A DNA stretch of 64,000 nucleotides from Candidatus Poribacteria bacterium. Its GTDB lineage: Bacteria > Poribacteria > WGA-4E > WGA-3G. A program made the translations under genes and the position numbers. Under the pieces are notes generated by a model. That model was not told where the DNA came from. It did no database searches and saw only the letters and a program-made list of their open reading frames with translations. Location: assembly GCA_963665235.2 (NCBI GenBank), contig CAXXLX010000002.1:640001-704000 (forward strand), in the 5' to 3' direction. Position 1 is the first letter of the stretch. Every line of letters starts with the position of its first letter. Below are positions 9,061 through 18,100 of this stretch, one piece after another.

Positions 9061-11067
9061 ATGGCAAAAAATCAGGTTATCGCAATTGATGTCGGTACAA
9101 CCACAGCGAAAATCGTTCATATTGAGAAAGTGTCAGGGGCCCTTCGTTTAATCAATGCGGGTGTTATCGCTTACACCGACCGAGATTCCCCTGAGAGTGT
9201 TTTAGCTGCGGTGCAAGAGCTATGGAATCGACTCGGAATTAAACGAAATATTTTCAACAAACACAAGCTGGAGGTTGCGATTGCATTGCCGCGCGGGCTT
9301 ATTGTCACAAAACGTTTATCCAATCTGCCAGCTACGACGCAGGACGCTATGTTGCCTTCACTAATTGAAATTGCGGCTGAAACAGAACTGCCGTTCCCAA
9401 TAGAGGAAGCGATATTTACATATCACGGTGTCCGCCGGACCCCGGAAGCAATTTCGGTCGAATTGGTTTCAACTCGGCGTGAAACAGTGGAACGTTATAT
9501 GGAAACATTGTCCGGCGTAGACGCGTCGCTATCGGCGGTAGTGCCTTCTATGTTAGCCGTTGCAGCAAGTGCTGGTAATGCCTTAGCTGGACGCTTACAA
9601 CGCACGATTGTCGTCGATATCGGTGCGGGCCGAACAGATTTCTGTTTAATGGAAGGAAGTGATTTACTGTTTTCACGTAGTTTCGCTATGGGGGGTGACC
9701 AATTGACAGAGCATCTCATGGCGGAAGCGCAGCTAGATGCGGAAACGGCAGAGCAGGAAAAGCAGGTTATCCCGGCGCATCAATTTCCTACGCGTACCTG
9801 GACAACGCAGCTTGTTGCGGAATTAGAACGTTCTATCGCCGCAGCGAAACGAGAAATTCCCAATGACGCTGAGGAATGGCTTGCCGAAATATGGTTATGT
9901 GGCGGAGGGGCGCGCGTCCCAGAATTGGCCGAGGCTTGTCAGGAACAACTACGCATACCAACCCGGCATTGGCATCTCCGTAATACAGTAGTTTTAGACA
10001 TCAGTCCTGAAGCTGCACCGGTATTTGAGGAGGCAGGCGACACGTTTGCTGTGTCTTTAGGGAGTGCTATACACCTCTTAACCGCTGAAACACCGGTCTC
10101 CCTCTTACCGCAAGAGATAGATGTCAAACGCGTTGAATCGAACCGGAAACGTCAGCAACTAATAGCTGCAAGCATCGGGGGCTTTTTAATTCTCGGAATT
10201 GCCCTCGGCAGTGTTACGTGGAGCAGGTCACAGAACGCAAAGATTGCAGCGTTAGACCAGGAGATAGCGAACTTTGTACCGCTACAGGCGAATGCGAACA
10301 AACAACTTGCACTTGAACTTGTTCTCGCCGATCAGTTAGCACATCAGACTTCCCCACTCGACGTTTTGCACGCTATCAGTACGCTCTTTAAAGACAGAAC
10401 AAAGGTTGCTTGGAAAACCTTCGATATCACCAATTTGGATGATTTGGAAAAAGCACGAGTCTCCTTCAATCTGGAAGCGAATTCGCATCAAGCTATTAAT
10501 AATATGATAGATGTCCTTGACCAGTCAAAACTGTTTCGAAACATTGAGGATGGCGGGGTCACCACTACAGGGGATGAGCGGAGACCGATATTCCAAGTGA
10601 AGGTGCAGTTTAGATTGACGCGGGAAGCGGCACAGCTGTTCGCGCAAAAACGGCATCCGGAACCGGTCTATCAAATCAGAAAACCGGAACCTGAAGAGCC
10701 CGACATATCGCCACCACCGGGGGATACCTCCGAAAAACCGGAGACTGATGACGAGTCTAAAGAACCCGAAAAACCGGAGACTGATGACGAGTCTAAAGAA
10801 CCCGAAAAACCGGAGACTGATGATGAGTCTAAAGAACCCGAAAAACCGGAGACTGATGACGAGTCTAAAGAACCCGAAAAACCGGAGACTGATGGCGAGG
10901 CTAAAGAGCCTGAAAAACCGGAGGCTGATGATGAGTCTAAAGAGCCCGAAAAACCGGAGACTGATGACGAGGCTAAAGAACCCGAAGTAGTGCCCCCAGG
11001 GGAGCCCCCGGAAACACCAAAGGCGGAAGACGAGAACGAAAAAGAGAACGAAGGTCAGAAAGAGTAA
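9061..11067 (+). CDS. PilM-like actin-fold protein fused to TM + PilN/GspL-like periplasmic domain with acidic repeat tail
   Basis: IAIDVGTT, VVDIGAGRT, IWLCGGGAR actin-fold motifs; VSLLP followed by TM helix; C-terminal tandem repeats. Confidence 0.8.
   Translation: MAKNQVIAIDVGTTTAKIVHIEKVSGALRLINAGVIAYTDRDSPESVLAAVQELWNRLGIKRNIFNKHKLEVAIALPRGLIVTKRLSNLPATTQDAMLPSLIEIAAETELPFPIEEAIFTYHGVRRTPEAISVELVSTRRETVERYMETLSGVDASLSAVVPSMLAVAASAGNALAGRLQRTIVVDIGAGRTDFCLMEGSDLLFSRSFAMGGDQLTEHLMAEAQLDAETAEQEKQVIPAHQFPTRTWTTQLVAELERSIAAAKREIPNDAEEWLAEIWLCGGGARVPELAEACQEQLRIPTRHWHLRNTVVLDISPEAAPVFEEAGDTFAVSLGSAIHLLTAETPVSLLPQEIDVKRVESNRKRQQLIAASIGGFLILGIALGSVTWSRSQNAKIAALDQEIANFVPLQANANKQLALELVLADQLAHQTSPLDVLHAISTLFKDRTKVAWKTFDITNLDDLEKARVSFNLEANSHQAINNMIDVLDQSKLFRNIEDGGVTTTGDERRPIFQVKVQFRLTREAAQLFAQKRHPEPVYQIRKPEPEEPDISPPPGDTSEKPETDDESKEPEKPETDDESKEPEKPETDDESKEPEKPETDDESKEPEKPETDGEAKEPEKPEADDESKEPEKPETDDEAKEPEVVPPGEPPETPKAEDENEKENEGQKE
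10732..10983 (+). repeat. intragenic 36-bp tandem repeat x7 (EKPETDDESKEP)
   Basis: gaaaaaccggagactgatgacgagtctaaagaaccc repeated with few substitutions. Confidence 0.95.
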
Positions 11068-11123
11068 TACTTAACATATATCAAACTGCAAGTACACTCA
11101 AATTGACAAGGAAACAACAAAAA

Positions 11124-12356
11124 ATGGACTTAAATCTTCAACTGACACCGCGCGTCAAGTTATTAATTGGCGTTTTGGCCGTTGTCCTAATTGTTGCTGT
11201 CGCGACACAATGGGGGCCAGGTATCTACCGTCTCGTTTCCGACCCTGTCATAGAAACGAAGCGGCAAACACTTCAAACCTCTAAGGATTTGGTGGCGGCA
11301 TCGGAAAATCTGAAACCGGTTGAAACGGGCTTATATAAAGATACCGGACTCGCTGATGACGAAAAAGAAAACACCATTTTTGATGGACACCACCCGGAGA
11401 CGGTCATCCGACAGAAACTTGATGCAATTGTGAAAAAGGCCGGCATTCGTCAGAATTATCAGCTTAACACGAAACCGGCACCGGGCAAAAAATCGCACCG
11501 CGTTTCAACACAAGCCCGGCGGAACCTCGTTGTCTATCTCTATCAGGACCAGCTGATAGCGGAACGGGAGGCACTCAAAGCGGAGCAGGAGGCACTTGAG
11601 GCGGAACTTGAAACCGAAGATGAAGCCTTTGATGCTATGATGAATGCCTGGCTAAACGAAATGGATACAGATGAAAAAACGGAAACACCTGACGAAAATA
11701 CAACGCAACCGGAAGACGCACAGACTCCCAAAACGGATACAGGTGACGAGACAGCCGAAATAGCCGAAACATCTGGTGAAGACGCTGCAGCAACGCCTAA
11801 AAACGATTGGGAATTCGCAGCGTTGCCCAAGGCAATACCGGTACCTATCCGAATTGAACTCATCGAGTTTGTCATGCCGATGCTCAAACGATACCTTGTG
11901 GGCGCAGAAAATACACTGTTTGAAAAACATTTCTTAAAAACACAAACGGCACCAACCCCAGGGTTCTTTGGCATCGGAGCTAAAAAGTCAACTGTCAAAA
12001 TCAACTTTCATCCGAATAGCGTGATTTTAGCCAAATTCACTGAACTGCTTAACATGCACAGTGAGGAACTGAACACGGAAGAACTCACGTCGGTTCTGCT
12101 GGAATACCTTAACCAGGTTCAACAGCAAATCGATCAACTTTCGAAACAGTTAAACCTGGCACCCGCCACCTATTCGCCTGAAAGTTACATCGTTGAAATG
12201 AAGTTTAAAGCGGAAATGGAAAAATTGGTCAATTTAAATCGCCTGATCGAAACAACTACCAAATGGTTGGCGGTCAGAGACCTTAAAATTTCCACTGATA
12301 AAAAACAGAATGTAATAAACGTAGATGTTCTTATGATTGCGAGGGTTTATCAATAA
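11124..12356 (+). CDS. GspM/PilO-like assembly platform protein with large insertion
   Basis: N-terminal TM, C-terminal ferredoxin-like pattern (YIVEMKFKA...LAVRDLKIS...INVDVLM); located between PilMN and secretin. Confidence 0.55.
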   Translation: MDLNLQLTPRVKLLIGVLAVVLIVAVATQWGPGIYRLVSDPVIETKRQTLQTSKDLVAASENLKPVETGLYKDTGLADDEKENTIFDGHHPETVIRQKLDAIVKKAGIRQNYQLNTKPAPGKKSHRVSTQARRNLVVYLYQDQLIAEREALKAEQEALEAELETEDEAFDAMMNAWLNEMDTDEKTETPDENTTQPEDAQTPKTDTGDETAEIAETSGEDAAATPKNDWEFAALPKAIPVPIRIELIEFVMPMLKRYLVGAENTLFEKHFLKTQTAPTPGFFGIGAKKSTVKINFHPNSVILAKFTELLNMHSEELNTEELTSVLLEYLNQVQQQIDQLSKQLNLAPATYSPESYIVEMKFKAEMEKLVNLNRLIETTTKWLAVRDLKISTDKKQNVINVDVLMIARVYQ

Positions 12357-12471
12357 TAAACCTGAATGCAGAAAAGAAGGGACCTATAGCGCAGCAGAAA
12401 AGAGGGAGCCTATATATGCCGAGGCCCGTTTTTTCTCACTTTCACCTTATCAAACTGCAAAGGAGATTCAA

Positions 12472-15459
12472 ATGTGTTGGAATAAGGGTGGCCCAATCGG
12501 GACACGAAAACTTCAAATCTACTTAATCTTTCTTGTGTGCCTCGGCCTGTTTATCGGGACGCTCGATGAAGCACAGGCACAACGGGGAATGGAGGTCGCC
12601 GAAAGGGATCCGGAAGGACGCGCCATACGGTTCAACTTCAACTTTACCAGCCAAGAACTTAAAAACCTCTTCGAATGGCTGTCCAAAGAAGCGGAACTCT
12701 CTATCATCGCAAGTGAAAACGATGTCCGAGGCAAATCATTCTCCCTCATTAACCTCCAAAATGTTACCATCGACGAGGTCATTGAGACAATCAAAACAGT
12801 ACTCGCACAATATGAACTCACATTCGTTAAAAGTAATAGCACTTTCATCGTCACAACCTTTGAAAAGGCAACTGTGATGAATGTACCCGTTAAACGCATT
12901 ACACCTGACCCGGAGCAGGTCGAGATTACTGATGAAATACACACGTACATTATCCAATTGGAGAATGCGATTGCGTCGGAGCAGGTCTCATCGCTGAAAC
13001 CCTTATTGAATAGAAGGGCGAACATCTTCGCAGACGCAATGACGAACGCGCTCGTCATTACCGATGTCGCATCCAACGTCCGCAGAATCGTTACCATTCT
13101 TCAATATGCGGATACAGGTGAACGATTCCCATTAAAGGTTACAATCATTCCGCTAACTTATGCCGACGCTGAAGACCTGGAGCAAACCCTCACAAAGGTG
13201 TTCGGGGAAGATGGACAGGATGATAAATCGTCACAGGGCGCGAAAGGTGTTGACGCAGAACAGGTTAGAGCAGCTATTGAACAAGGCTTAGGCGTTGAGA
13301 TGATCCCAGGCCAAATTAAGGTTTACGCGGATACCAACTCAAACTCCCTCATTCTCAAAGCTACTGAGGAAAATCTAATTATCCTCAGGGAGATCATCCT
13401 CCACCTTGACACCGACCCTAGTGTGCAAACCGAAATCCGAACATATCACCTCAACTTTGCATCAGCGGAGGACGTTTCAACAACCTTGGGAGAAATTATT
13501 ACTGGAGAAAGTGGGCAGCGTTCAGGCTACTATGACAGATGGGACCGCGACAGAAGAAGGGACAGAGAACGCAGTGAAGATGCCACGTACCAAGGAATTG
13601 TCGGGTCCGTAAATATTTCGAAAAATGATAGATTAAACATCGTGGTTGTTTCGTCCGACCCACGCAATTTTCCAATCATTGAAAAGATTATCGAATCCCT
13701 CGATCAGGAGCAGACACAGGAAGAAATTAAGATGTACTTCCTTGAGTATGCAAACGCTGAAGACCTGTCGGCGGAGCTACAAGACCTTTTTGAAGGCGGA
13801 AGTGCCGGGGCTGATCGAGACCGCCCCTGGTGGGAACGCCGAGACCGCGAACCTACACGAGATGGCGGCTTTGGCGTGCAGGGAAACGTCCATATTGTCC
13901 ATGATGTCAGACTCAACGCGCTGCTCATCTCTACCGCCTCACAAAATTTTCTGATGATTGACGACCTTATTTCTAAACTTGATGTCAATATGCCAGACCA
14001 GGAATGGGGTACACGCATATTTTATCTCAAGTATGCGGATGCCCAAAATGTGGCGAACCTAATTAATACACACTACCAAGGGCAAGCAGACCAGAGCAGT
14101 AGTAGGAGAAGCTACTACTACGACTTCTATTATCTCCGCAACCGACAATCCTCATCGTCACGGACACAAGGCGCGCTGGCTGGTAATGTTTCCGCTGAAC
14201 CTTATGTCAATCTCAATGCGATTATTGTCTCTACCGGGACAAAACGCAACTTTGACATGGTTGAGGAGTTTATCAAACAGATTGACATCCCGACACCCCC
14301 GGAACAGGTAGAAATCACCGATATTGTTCGGCTTGAATATGCTAATGCCGAGGCACTTGCCCAAGTGCTTGCACAGGTCTGGCAAGACCCGCAGTCAGAA
14401 GGTGAAGGGTTCGGTTTCAGTTTCAGCAGATTCCTTGCCTCCCAGATGAGCGGTGATGAGCCTACGGACATCAATTCGTTGCACGGGAAGGTCACTATTT
14501 ATGCCGATGCAAGCACTAATTCGCTTATTATCACAACCCGTCGGCGGTATATGGAGGAGGTTAAAGCCCTTATAGCACGTCTTGACTTCGTGCGGGGTCA
14601 GGTGCGGATTGATATTCAGATTCTTGAAATCACCCTGGATGAAACCACAAAACTCGGTATTGAATTAGCCGCGCAAGAAAACAGACTCTTCGGAGCTGAA
14701 CTTGCCCCGACCAATCCGCTTGTTGGGACAGCAAATAGTCAACTCGGGCTTGAACAGGAGATTTCAGGATTCAATTACGGCCTGGCAACCAAAGAGTACA
14801 TGGCAATGCTTCATACGCTCATCCGTGAGAATAAGGTGCAGACCCTCTCAACACCGTCTATCTTGACACGCGATAGTCAACAGGCTACGTGGAGTAGTGG
14901 GCGCCGCATACCTTATCTCCAGAGCGTTGATACCAACAGTATCCTTGGAGAAACCGCTACGCAGCCGCTCTTCAACTATGACTTTATTGACCCGCCTGTC
15001 GGTATTAACATCGACCTCACCCCGTTTATTGCCAAATCGCAGGCAGAAGCGGATGGGAAACGGACAATCGGTTTACAGATTACAAATATTAGTGCCAGCA
15101 ACTTCATCGAGTTTACAGAATTCAACGCACCCATTACTGACGACAACTCGCTCAGTACTTATGTTGATGTTAAAGATGGACAGCAGCTTATCGTTGGCGG
15201 TATCATCCGGCAAAAACAGAAGCAGGTTGAAAACAAAGTGCCTATCCTTGGAGATATTCCTTTACTCGGAAGGTTGTTCAAAAGCACCGAAACCGAAGTC
15301 CAAAATACGGAAATCGTTTTCATTATTACACCGCATATCATAGATATTAAGAACCCGGACGACTTGGAGAAGAACCCGGGTGACCTAGAGCGGTTGCGGC
15401 AGAAAGCGGATAACTGGCAAAATAACGGCATGAACGGTCAGAAAAAATCTGGCAAATAG
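12472..15459 (+). CDS. gspD: type II secretion secretin GspD with six N domains
   Basis: Signal peptide, N0 domain, six L-x-[YFN]-A-x-A repeats, QVRIDIQILEI, KVPILGDIPLLGRLFKS; AAGGAG before ATG 12472. Confidence 0.93.
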   Translation: MCWNKGGPIGTRKLQIYLIFLVCLGLFIGTLDEAQAQRGMEVAERDPEGRAIRFNFNFTSQELKNLFEWLSKEAELSIIASENDVRGKSFSLINLQNVTIDEVIETIKTVLAQYELTFVKSNSTFIVTTFEKATVMNVPVKRITPDPEQVEITDEIHTYIIQLENAIASEQVSSLKPLLNRRANIFADAMTNALVITDVASNVRRIVTILQYADTGERFPLKVTIIPLTYADAEDLEQTLTKVFGEDGQDDKSSQGAKGVDAEQVRAAIEQGLGVEMIPGQIKVYADTNSNSLILKATEENLIILREIILHLDTDPSVQTEIRTYHLNFASAEDVSTTLGEIITGESGQRSGYYDRWDRDRRRDRERSEDATYQGIVGSVNISKNDRLNIVVVSSDPRNFPIIEKIIESLDQEQTQEEIKMYFLEYANAEDLSAELQDLFEGGSAGADRDRPWWERRDREPTRDGGFGVQGNVHIVHDVRLNALLISTASQNFLMIDDLISKLDVNMPDQEWGTRIFYLKYADAQNVANLINTHYQGQADQSSSRRSYYYDFYYLRNRQSSSSRTQGALAGNVSAEPYVNLNAIIVSTGTKRNFDMVEEFIKQIDIPTPPEQVEITDIVRLEYANAEALAQVLAQVWQDPQSEGEGFGFSFSRFLASQMSGDEPTDINSLHGKVTIYADASTNSLIITTRRRYMEEVKALIARLDFVRGQVRIDIQILEITLDETTKLGIELAAQENRLFGAELAPTNPLVGTANSQLGLEQEISGFNYGLATKEYMAMLHTLIRENKVQTLSTPSILTRDSQQATWSSGRRIPYLQSVDTNSILGETATQPLFNYDFIDPPVGINIDLTPFIAKSQAEADGKRTIGLQITNISASNFIEFTEFNAPITDDNSLSTYVDVKDGQQLIVGGIIRQKQKQVENKVPILGDIPLLGRLFKSTETEVQNTEIVFIITPHIIDIKNPDDLEKNPGDLERLRQKADNWQNNGMNGQKKSGK

Positions 15460-15472
15460 AGGACATAGGAAC

Positions 15473-15529
15473 GGGCGATAAATCGCGCTACTGTGAGCCC
15501 ATGTTCGTAGTAGGGCAATTCATTCGCCC
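15473..15529. repeat. inverted pair of REP-like palindromes between convergent genes
   Basis: gggcgataaatcgcgctac ... gtagtagggcaattcattcgccc; similar pair at 63843-63901. Confidence 0.55.
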
Positions 15530-15533
15530 TATC

Positions 15534-16205
15534 CTACCGGATATGTCGATAGAGTTTTGCAAGACGTTCCAAAGAAAACCCAAAAAAATAGAGCCAGGTA
15601 ATGAGCCAGTTTTTTACGGTTGTACGGACGATGCCGCCTGCTTCCCACCGCCGTGCCGATATATGGATACGCGGGTGAATCAGTCCTGTTTTTCCAAGTT
15701 TACGCAACGCCTTAGAAAATTCCATCTCCTCCATAATCGGCACCTTCGGAAATCCCCCGATACGCTGAAAGTTGCTTCTTGAGACAAAAATACCGCTATC
15801 CCCGTAAAAAATTTTTAAGTATTTACCACGCATATCTGCTGTTATCTCAATGATACGGTATAGGATACTTTTCCCATCAATCTTTTGAAAAAATCCACCG
15901 CCGACATACTTAGTCGTAAGTGCTTTTTCCACAGCTGCAAGGGCCCCCGGCTCAAGCCAGATGTCTGCATGTAAGAAGACCAATATATCCCCCGTTGATG
16001 CTGCTGCACCTGCGTTCAGCTGTTTTGCACGTCCCCGTTCAGCTCTAATGACCTTCCCATACTTTTCTGCTATGTGGACAGAACCATCAGTGCTACCGCC
16101 ATCTACAATGATGAGCTCATGGTCCCCCAATTCGGGTTGTAGTCGCGCAAGTGTGTCTTCTAAAATTTTTGCCTCGTTCAGAATAGGAATGATGATTGAA
16201 AGCAT
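15534..16205 (-). CDS. glycosyltransferase family 2 (TIGR04283-like)
   Basis: LSIIIPILNE, VDGGSTD, GRAKQLNAGA, FLHAD, YGDSGIF, MEEMEF, SARRW. Confidence 0.88.
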   Translation of the reverse strand: MLSIIIPILNEAKILEDTLARLQPELGDHELIIVDGGSTDGSVHIAEKYGKVIRAERGRAKQLNAGAAASTGDILVFLHADIWLEPGALAAVEKALTTKYVGGGFFQKIDGKSILYRIIEITADMRGKYLKIFYGDSGIFVSRSNFQRIGGFPKVPIMEEMEFSKALRKLGKTGLIHPRIHISARRWEAGGIVRTTVKNWLITWLYFFGFSLERLAKLYRHIR

Positions 16206-16216
16206 AATGCAACTTA

Positions 16217-16428
16217 TACCATTTCTAATTGAAAATGTCTCTTTATTGTAGCATAAACTTCCAGTTTGTGCTCTTTATTGTAGCATAAACTTCCAGTTTG
16301 TGCTCTTTATTGTAGCATAAACTTCCAGTTTGTGCTCTTTATTGTAGCATAAACTTCCAGTTCGTGTCTTCCGTTCTCCGTTTGATTTCTAACAACCGGT
16401 AATGATAGAATAATTAATAAAAATGGTA
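16217..16428. mobile_element. MITE family A copy 1, containing four tandem 32-bp REP-like units
   Basis: TIR TACCATTT...AAATGGTA flanked by TTA on both sides; internal (ctctttattgtagcataaacttccagtttgtg)x4. Confidence 0.8.
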
Positions 16429-16649
16429 TTAGATTAAAATAGCCATAATTTCTACTTATGCTACCTAGCTGTCCTTGTAGGTCCAAATCAACGCTGAATG
16501 CGCGTATGGCATTCAGCGGGTTGAAGAAGTAAAATCCGACAATGGCTGTTGGTTTATGACTATTGGAAACTGTTGGAAACCTATAGCTTCGCTGGTTATT
16601 GGAAACCGTTAGAAACCAATGGCAAGAGGAAGAGCCCTCTTATATTTCT

Positions 16650-16683
16650 TGCCAATTGCCAATTGCCAATTGCTAATCGCCAG
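16650..16683. repeat. heptamer short tandem repeat (GCCAATT)n
   Basis: gccaattgccaattgccaattgctaatcgcca; reverse-complement copies near 46394-46430 and 46593-46617. Confidence 0.6.
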
Positions 16684-16716
16684 TGGCAACTTTGGACATA
16701 TTATACAAAAAAACGT

Positions 16717-16745
16717 TTGCCATAACAAGCAAAATGTTGTATAAT
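16717..16745 (+). promoter_or_regulatory. sigma70-type promoter
   Basis: TTGCCA-N17-TATAAT upstream of the dehydrogenase. Confidence 0.7.
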
Positions 16746-16806
16746 TTGGGTAAGCGTTCTCCGAATGCCTACCCAAATTCAATTCTCTAATGATGGGAAA
16801 GATAAC

Positions 16807-17913
16807 ATGTCCGAAAAAATGGATAAATTCTCACAGGTTGCCCTATTTCATGCACCGAACACCCCCTTTGAAATATGCGATGTCCCTGTGACACCTACCG
16901 AAAACAGTGCCCTTGTGCGCGTTAACTTAGCCACTATCTGCGGTTCCGATTTGCACACCGTATCAGGGCGGCGCAGTGTGGAGGTCCCGTGTATCCTCGG
17001 ACATGAAGTTGTCGGCACCGTCGCTGCACCTACACAGCTCCGTACAGTCGACGGCAAACCGCTGAAGGAGGGGGACAGAATCACATGGAGCCTTGCGGCG
17101 TCCTGCGGAACGTGCTACTTTTGTGTCAACAAAAATCTTCCGCAAAAATGTGAAACCTTGTTCAAATATGGTCACGCGCGGCATATCGATACCGGTGCTT
17201 TGTCCGGCGGGCTCGCCACACACATCTGGATACGCCCCGGAACAGCTATCTATCACATACCGGAAATCCTTAAAGATACGGAGGTTGTGCCTATCAACTG
17301 CGCGCTGGCAACTGTGCTAAACGGGTTAGCGGTTATCGGCGTATCGCCTGGAGACACGGCTGTCATCCACGGTGCTGGCATGTTGGGCATCTACGCCACC
17401 TGCTATCTGCGCGAGCAGGGGTACGATATCGTTGCAGTCGTTGATAAGAAGGTCGACCGTTTACGAATTGCTGAGCGTTTTGGCGCGACGCATACCTTCA
17501 CTCCAGATACCACCGCCACACCAGACATCAAGGCAGCCTTACAACAACTCACGAAGGGACGCGGCGTTGACCTCGCCGTTGAAGTCAGCGGGGCACTCAC
17601 CGCATTGGCCGATTTGATAGAGTGGCTGGCAATTGGCGGAAAATGTTTAACGCTCGGTTACGTCTATCCGCACGCCACGCTATCCGTGGATGCACATCAA
17701 CTTGTCACAAAATGTGTGACACTACGGGGGGTTCACAATTATCATCCTACTGCACTTGGCGACTCGCTCCGTTTCATAGAGGCACATCGGACGCGCTATC
17801 CGTTTGCCGAACTCATCGGCGAGACCTATCCACTAACCGAAATTGATACTGCCTTTGCACATGCGTTGCGTCAAGATGCTATCCGCATCGCAATAGAGCC
17901 CATGCGTTCGTAA
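16807..17913 (+). CDS. zinc-binding alcohol dehydrogenase (MDR family)
   Basis: ICGSDLH, GHEVVG, CGTCYFC...C, GAGMLG; start could be 16765, 16807 or 16819. Confidence 0.9.
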   Translation: MSEKMDKFSQVALFHAPNTPFEICDVPVTPTENSALVRVNLATICGSDLHTVSGRRSVEVPCILGHEVVGTVAAPTQLRTVDGKPLKEGDRITWSLAASCGTCYFCVNKNLPQKCETLFKYGHARHIDTGALSGGLATHIWIRPGTAIYHIPEILKDTEVVPINCALATVLNGLAVIGVSPGDTAVIHGAGMLGIYATCYLREQGYDIVAVVDKKVDRLRIAERFGATHTFTPDTTATPDIKAALQQLTKGRGVDLAVEVSGALTALADLIEWLAIGGKCLTLGYVYPHATLSVDAHQLVTKCVTLRGVHNYHPTALGDSLRFIEAHRTRYPFAELIGETYPLTEIDTAFAHALRQDAIRIAIEPMRS

Positions 17914-17932
17914 GGCAATACATACCTCTTCT

Positions 17933-18002
17933 GTAGGAGCGTGCTTCGCACGCGATACATTATATCGCAACTCCTCTGTAGGAGCGTGCTCCGCACGCGA
18001 TA
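17933..18002 (+). repeat. two direct GTAG-REP copies
   Basis: gtaggagcgtgcttcgcacgcgata and gtaggagcgtgctccgcacgcgata. Confidence 0.7.
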
Positions 18003-18100
18003 TTGAGCAGCAGGGAACTGTTGGTTTCCCAATTAGAGGAGCGGCCGGTTTGCCCAAATACTGGCCAAATCCGCCCGCTCCTCAAATAACTGTTTCACTG

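Noticed and set aside
10748-10990. 80-aa repeat ORF (MTSLKNPKNRRL)n
   Set aside because: Alternative-frame shadow of the 36-bp repeat
12403-12436. Intrinsic terminator between the GspM-like gene and gspD
   Set aside because: Stem is short and bulged; too weak to call
16239-16366. 32-bp tandem arrays (also 19985-20400 and 30474-30635) as CRISPR arrays
   Set aside because: Units abut with no unique spacers, lie inside TIR-bounded elements, and there is no cas operon
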